A program made the position numbers and the translations under genes. DNA of 64,000 bases. It comes from Candidatus Woesearchaeota archaeon. GTDB lineage: Archaea > Nanobdellota > Nanobdellia > SCGC-AAA011-G17 > UBA489. The stretch covers positions 44,071-108,070 of the forward strand of contig JABIKK010000013.1 in assembly GCA_018655015.1 (NCBI GenBank), in the 5' to 3' direction. Shown here one piece after another: positions 58,886 to 64,000 of this stretch. A model generated the notes under the pieces. It searched no databases, was not told where the DNA came from, and saw nothing but the letters and a program-made list of their open reading frames with translations. Position 1 is the first letter of the stretch, and each line of letters begins with the position of its first letter.

Positions 58886-59761
58886 CTAAAAAGAAATGAT
58901 CCTAGGAGTCACATAAACCTCTACAATAGCAGCAACGGCCAGTAAGGCTATACCTATTAATAATAAATCTGTAGCATCCCTGAGAACCTTTCCAAATGAC
59001 TTAGTAGAAAAATCATGCCTTATAACGGCCACACTAATCAGGCCACCTGCAAGACCACCAATAAAATAAGATAAAATTTCAGGAATCCCATGAATAAAAT
59101 ATCTTGCCAACCCAAGACCATAAACTTGTAAATATCCTGCAAAACCGACCATCCCAAGTTCAGTCGCATATGAACTAAGATGAGTTCTAACAAAATTTCC
59201 AATAGCTGCAGCTATCACACTAGCATTCCATGCCAAAATAAATATCGCACCCGCACCATAAAAGAAACTAAAGAATACACAAAACAACATAACTTTAACA
59301 TTATTGCTAAATATTCTCAATAAAAGTCCTTCCGAATAAGAACTTCCAGATATGACCTCATGACCAGTTGTTGCTTTTGCATTTATCTCGCTAATAGTAC
59401 TTGTTTGTGAAGAAAATAAGTTAACCACTGTATCTGCAGGTAAAATTAAGTATAATAAAGAAAAAGCAACTGCCATTCCTAAAAATAAAAACATAAAAGC
59501 CATCAATGCCTTAGAATGTTCCTTCAACAACTTTCCTTCTCCTTCCATTTCAATATCTTTCTTTTCTTCAAATTTCAAAGTATTATACATCAAAGGAACC
59601 GCAGCAATAACAGTCAAAAGAACCATCACGATTGTTGCCTGTTCTTCAAATACCCATAATGATAAAAATACACCCATTGTAGCATAGATCATTCCTAAAA
59701 AAAATAAGTTCCACGGCTTCGTTTCCGCTTTCTGCGGAGAAGTCAAAGATTCTAATACCAG
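58886..59761 (-). CDS. SpoIIM/DUF95 membrane protein
   Basis: IFSNN.KV, WNAS, HGIPE, AA.VE..VT; probable CTG start at 59761 after GGTGAT. Confidence 0.85.
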   Translation of the reverse strand: MVLESLTSPQKAETKPWNLFFLGMIYATMGVFLSLWVFEEQATIVMVLLTVIAAVPLMYNTLKFEEKKDIEMEGEGKLLKEHSKALMAFMFLFLGMAVAFSLLYLILPADTVVNLFSSQTSTISEINAKATTGHEVISGSSYSEGLLLRIFSNNVKVMLFCVFFSFFYGAGAIFILAWNASVIAAAIGNFVRTHLSSYATELGMVGFAGYLQVYGLGLARYFIHGIPEILSYFIGGLAGGLISVAVIRHDFSTKSFGKVLRDATDLLLIGIALLAVAAIVEVYVTPRIISF

Positions 59762-59815
59762 TTAAATCACCAATCTAAACTACAGTTCATACGTTTATAT
59801 AAGTTTAGTTTAGAA

Positions 59816-60907
59816 TTAATCTTCCTCTTCCTTCCGAATATTATGTTTAGTTATTCTAAGTTCCCCTTTCTTTAACTTAACAACTAAATCATCTCCATTC
59901 ACAAAACCAACACCTTTTGTAATGAATCTAGGTAAACAAAGCGAACCTCTTTCAATATGAGATTCAATATACTGTTCATCGAAGCCATTTTCATCAGAAA
60001 CTTTAGTTTTTACTGGTTCTGATTCTTTTTTCTTCTTAAATTCTACAGCCTTATCATACAATGCTTTTGCAACATCCCTTGCAATATTCTTCCCAGTGTA
60101 TTTCATTATTCCTTTTAATCCTGGACTTAAATTAACTTCAATAACAGAAGCTTTCCTTCCCTTCAAGATATCAACTGCAGCAATATCAACACCAATAGCC
60201 CTCGCAGCTTTAACAGACATTTTTTCAACATCAGGATCTAACTGCACAGATTCACCCTTACCACTTGCATGAATATTTGCCCTAACATCTGCCGAATGAG
60301 AAATTCTTTTCATTGCGCCTACAACTTTTCCACCCGCAACAATAACACGAAGATCTTCACTTTTTACTTCGCCAGTCTCAATATACTCCTGAATTATGTA
60401 AGGTTGTTTGAATGCCTCAAGTGCATCAATCATAGATCTTGCAGAGCTTTCAGAATCAGCAAACATAACGCCTTTTCCCTGCGTACCTTCGGGTATCTTA
60501 ATAATGACTGGATAGTTAACTTCCCCTAACAAGCTCTTTGCCTGTTTAGAATTAGACACAAAAAAACTAGTTGGAATACTTATCCCCTTTTGTTGCATTT
60601 CCAATGAACCTAATAATTTGTTATGTCCTAATGTAAATGCATTAGGTTTTATGGGCATGTAAACTTTCTTATACAAAGCTCTAGTCAAGGCCCTTTGTAA
60701 CAAGATATACCTATGGCTCCCCCTAACATAAATAGCATCAAAGTCTTCAAGTTCGCCTTCATGATCTTTGACAGTAAAGCCTTTATCATCTAAACAAAGT
60801 TCAATATTTTTTAAACCAATTTCACTAACATCATCAAAAAAATTCCTTGCTTCTTTAGCAATCAACTTGCTACTTTCTCCACCAAGGCTGACAACACAGA
60901 GTTTCAT
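59816..60907 (-). CDS. RimK-family ATP-grasp ligase with C-terminal AbrB-like domain
   Basis: YPVIIK.PEGTQGKGV, IQEYI, DLRV, RANIH, EVNLSPG. Confidence 0.9.
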   Translation of the reverse strand: MKLCVVSLGGESSKLIAKEARNFFDDVSEIGLKNIELCLDDKGFTVKDHEGELEDFDAIYVRGSHRYILLQRALTRALYKKVYMPIKPNAFTLGHNKLLGSLEMQQKGISIPTSFFVSNSKQAKSLLGEVNYPVIIKIPEGTQGKGVMFADSESSARSMIDALEAFKQPYIIQEYIETGEVKSEDLRVIVAGGKVVGAMKRISHSADVRANIHASGKGESVQLDPDVEKMSVKAARAIGVDIAAVDILKGRKASVIEVNLSPGLKGIMKYTGKNIARDVAKALYDKAVEFKKKKESEPVKTKVSDENGFDEQYIESHIERGSLCLPRFITKGVGFVNGDDLVVKLKKGELRITKHNIRKEEED

Positions 60908-60913
60908 TTTAAA

Positions 60914-61303
60914 TTAATCCTGACTTTGCAGATCCTGAGTTTTTTTAATTGTTTTCCTTCCGTTTTTCTTAAGTCTCTTTTTTGGATCAATGATAAATCC
61001 TTGTCTTAAAATATTTTTTCCAATTAATATCGGATATCTCAAATGTTCTCTAATAGCAATATTAAATTTTGCATCTAAAGTCTTTCCGCCAATCTCAACT
61101 TTTAACATAACAACAGGTCTAACCGCTCTTCCATGCGTATTAACAACTGCTGCACGCCCAATGACAGGACCAACTTTAATTGCATCGGCTAAACTACTAT
61201 CAATACTACTTACTCCTGCACCAGTATCAATCTTAGCCCTGATAACTTTTCCATCTATCAAAACGTCTTCATAAAATCCAATAACAATTTTTTCTTTAGT
61301 CAT
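60914..61303 (-). CDS. RimK-associated putative protease (retropepsin-like)
   Basis: AKIDTGA..SSID, RPVV, R.HL.YPILIG. Confidence 0.85.
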   Translation of the reverse strand: MTKEKIVIGFYEDVLIDGKVIRAKIDTGAGVSSIDSSLADAIKVGPVIGRAAVVNTHGRAVRPVVMLKVEIGGKTLDAKFNIAIREHLRYPILIGKNILRQGFIIDPKKRLKKNGRKTIKKTQDLQSQD

Positions 61304-61413
61304 CTTACCAAACTAAAATAAAGTACAAAATATAAAACTACCTACTCTCCATAAATGCATCTCCAACCCATATTACAACAACATTTATAAGCATTTGAGG
61401 AGTTTATAAACAC

Positions 61414-62442
61414 ATGGCAAAGGAAGGCATAGAACATTACTCCAAATACTTTTTTCTAGCCAGTTTTATAGGGATCATCTTGCTTTCAATATATCTCATA
61501 AAGTCCTATATAATTACCATCGTAGGGGCTGTATTGCTATCCTACATATTCTATCCAATTTACAAAAACATCAAAACTAAACTAAGAAGTAAAAAACTAA
61601 GCTCGTTATTAACCACATTATTGGTAGTTATTATTATTATTATTCCGATTTTCTTTGCAGCAAATGCCCTTATCTCAGAATCGGTACAATTTTTCCATAA
61701 TACCAAAGATTTAGATCTCTCAAGTATTGAACAAAAAACAGCAGAATATCTCGGAGGAGATGTTAAAATTAGCGGGTTTATTTCAGAGAACTTGAACAAA
61801 CTTTCACTTGGGATCGCAAGAAGCACATCTGAAGTTGTAGTTGGTTTGCCAAAAAAGGCCCTAGGTTTATTTGTGATGTTGTTTTTAATGTACTTTTTAT
61901 TCATGGAAGGTAAATCTATAGTAGAAAAACTTAGACAGCATATCCCATTAAAAGCAAAGCAAAAAGAAGAATTAGCAAAAAGATTTAGCAACGTAATCTA
62001 CGCTTCAATCTACGGAATGATTGTTACAGCTTTTGTTCAAGGTGCAGTTGGTGCACTTGGTTTCTGGATCTTCGGTGTAAACTCTCCAATACTTTGGGGG
62101 TTAGTTACTGTTATTGTAGCCATCCTTCCATTCGTAGGTGCAGCTTTAGTTTGGTTACCTGCAGCAATATTTAAACTTGCAATTGGGGAAACATTTAATG
62201 GGCTAGGATTACTATTTTATGGAATGTTCATAATTAGCACAATTGATAATTTAATACGTCCAAGCATAATTGGGAGCAGAGCAAAAATACATCCTGCAGT
62301 CGTACTTCTAGGAGTTCTCGGAGGAATAGAGATCTTCGGTTTCCTAGGAATAATCATTGGGCCATTAATCCTATCTATTATGACTATATTCTTAGACCTA
62401 TATTTAGTAGAAAAGACAAACACAAGAAAAAAAGCCATTTAA
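61414..62442 (+). CDS. AI-2E family transporter
   Basis: PFVGAALVWLP, IDNLIRP, HP..VLLGVLGG..FG.LG.IIGP. Confidence 0.93.
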   Translation: MAKEGIEHYSKYFFLASFIGIILLSIYLIKSYIITIVGAVLLSYIFYPIYKNIKTKLRSKKLSSLLTTLLVVIIIIIPIFFAANALISESVQFFHNTKDLDLSSIEQKTAEYLGGDVKISGFISENLNKLSLGIARSTSEVVVGLPKKALGLFVMLFLMYFLFMEGKSIVEKLRQHIPLKAKQKEELAKRFSNVIYASIYGMIVTAFVQGAVGALGFWIFGVNSPILWGLVTVIVAILPFVGAALVWLPAAIFKLAIGETFNGLGLLFYGMFIISTIDNLIRPSIIGSRAKIHPAVVLLGVLGGIEIFGFLGIIIGPLILSIMTIFLDLYLVEKTNTRKKAI

Positions 62443-62576
62443 AAAACTTATATACTCCCGTCAAAGGGTAAATAAGCGTTTATTCTTCAGAAAGCTTTAT
62501 ATATAAAACACAGCCCATTTACCAAGTAAACTTATAGGTTACACAAGATAAAACAACCATATGAGGTGGAAAGATT

Positions 62577-63860
62577 ATGAATATGAAACAAGTTACGAAC
62601 CTTCTAATAATAGGTTTATTTGTGATTATAGGCGCGATTTTCGCATCAGCCTTAACAGTTACCATAACGGCTCCGACAACGGATACATTCCATATTGCGG
62701 ACATATCCTTTACGGCAACAATCACGGATGCATTTAATTTCTCGAACTATACACTAATAGTTCATGCACCCACAACACCGGGCACAGCCGTTTTTACAGA
62801 AACTAATATTACGGCCGGAAATGCCACAGATATTGCAGTTACAATACCTGTAGCAAATGGAACAATCGCAGATGGTAATTATACTATTAATATAACTACT
62901 AATGATAATCAATCTGTTGGAATTACATTCGTTAACAGGACTAACGTATTGTTGAATAAAATGGATGTTACTGCGCCAACAGGACATATACAATTCTTAG
63001 AGACAGATGGTACCAACCTTACAAGTTCTTTGAAATCTGACTATGGAGCAGATGTAAAAGTTAACTGTACATTCTTAGATGCTAGTTCATCATTAGATGT
63101 AAGTAAAAGTTACATGACCATAAAGTACCCAGGTTTATCTAGTTATAGTGATAACCTAACTTTATCTAAGAACACAACTGCACAAGTTGTTGCTACCATT
63201 TCTGGTTCTTCACTACAAAGGCTTGGAGAATTCAGCGTTAAATGTTTTGCACAAGATAATGCTGGTAAGACACTAGAGAAAGTACTAAACTTCACAACTC
63301 AAACTATAGTTGTAGGAGCTGGTTCAACCGCTGGTGGAACTGGTGTAGCTGCAATTGAAGGGTGGGAAAATCCTGTAGGTACAATCAAAATTGGATCAGG
63401 AACTGTATCCCCTGGAGGAAGATTAACTACTGAAGGTGAAAGCAGACTTATGAAGACTAATGCTGCAATCACATTTGACATCAGTGGAGAAGGTCATAGA
63501 ATAGAAGTTAAAACTGCAACTGGAGACAACGTTGTTCTAACTATCTCTTCAGAACCATTCGACGTTACAATTAACGCTGGAGAAGTTTCAGAAGTAGATG
63601 TAAATGGCGACGGTATTGCAGATCTTGAGGTTACATACCACAAGCTATTCGCAAATGCTTGGGCAGACCTAACCTTCAAACAAATCAGCGTACCTGTAGA
63701 AGCAGAAGCATCAGATGATGAAGCTTCAGCTGAAACAACAGCCGCTACTGAAGATACAGCAGAATATGCAGACGCCAATGGCGGATTAACAGTTACACTT
63801 GCTGTGATTGTGATCATCCTAATAATTGGATATGCATTAATCAAAGGAAAGAAGAAGTAA
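62577..63860 (+). CDS. Surface glycoprotein candidate, paralog of 20268-21674
   Basis: GAGGTG RBS, signal peptide, many NxS/T sequons, DVNGDGIADL motif, A/E/T-rich linker, C-terminal TM + KKK. Confidence 0.88.
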   Translation: MNMKQVTNLLIIGLFVIIGAIFASALTVTITAPTTDTFHIADISFTATITDAFNFSNYTLIVHAPTTPGTAVFTETNITAGNATDIAVTIPVANGTIADGNYTINITTNDNQSVGITFVNRTNVLLNKMDVTAPTGHIQFLETDGTNLTSSLKSDYGADVKVNCTFLDASSSLDVSKSYMTIKYPGLSSYSDNLTLSKNTTAQVVATISGSSLQRLGEFSVKCFAQDNAGKTLEKVLNFTTQTIVVGAGSTAGGTGVAAIEGWENPVGTIKIGSGTVSPGGRLTTEGESRLMKTNAAITFDISGEGHRIEVKTATGDNVVLTISSEPFDVTINAGEVSEVDVNGDGIADLEVTYHKLFANAWADLTFKQISVPVEAEASDDEASAETTAATEDTAEYADANGGLTVTLAVIVIILIIGYALIKGKKK

Positions 63861-63899
63861 AATTCTTCCTTTCCACCTCTTTCTTTTTTTTAATTTTTT
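63846..63899 (+). terminator. Hairpin plus oligo-T tract after the surface protein gene
   Basis: GGAAAGAAGAA / TTCTTCCTTTCC stem followed by T8 and T6 runs. Confidence 0.55.
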
Positions 63900-63908
63900 A
63901 TAGACAGA

Positions 63909-64000
63909 ATGATAACAATATACCATAATCCAAAATGTAGTAAAAGTAGACAAAGCTTAGAATTAGTTCTTGCTAAAGCAAAGGATGTAAAGATAATTGA
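63909..64000 (+). CDS. arsC: ArsC/Spx-family arsenate reductase, 5' part (truncated by window)
   Basis: MITIYHNPKCSKSRQSLEL. Confidence 0.85.
   Translation, partial: MITIYHNPKCSKSRQSLELVLAKAKDVKII

Noticed and set aside
3027-63844. Many 60-170 aa antisense or alternate-frame ORFs (e.g. 9197-9703, 56891-57343, 61560-61991)
   Set aside because: Shadows of well-supported genes, with no motifs or independent start signals.
1-64000. CRISPR arrays, IS elements, tRNA introns
   Set aside because: No regularly spaced repeats, transposases or introns recognised.

Overview
AT-rich, gene-dense archaeal chromosome segment, most consistent with a DPANN lineage (Woesearchaeota/Pacearchaeota-like; inferred from gene content and compactness). 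Core content: the 5' (Alu) part of SRP RNA, Elp3, the rpl21e-rpo4-DUF655-rps13-rps4-rps11-rpo3-tRNA-Leu and rpl18e-rpl13-rps9-rpo10 clusters, an unlinked 5S rRNA, four tRNAs, secF-secD, and a ~23 kb N-glycosylation/surface-glycan locus (aglB, AglH-like, wecB, neuA/neuB, flippase, glycosyl- and methyltransferases). Most interesting signals: (1) a four-member paralog family with a conserved leader and neck but swappable phage tail-fibre-like tips, one copy frameshifted at a T8 tract; (2) two free-standing LAGLIDADG endonuclease genes whose stop codons lie inside stable-RNA genes (5S rRNA, tRNA-Arg); (3) a NeuB fused to a ribbon-helix-helix-like domain with three GGACCGT boxes around its own promoter; (4) a surface-protein gene whose 3' UTR is complementary to its own Shine-Dalgarno region. 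All calls are by-eye motif recognition; no searches were run.
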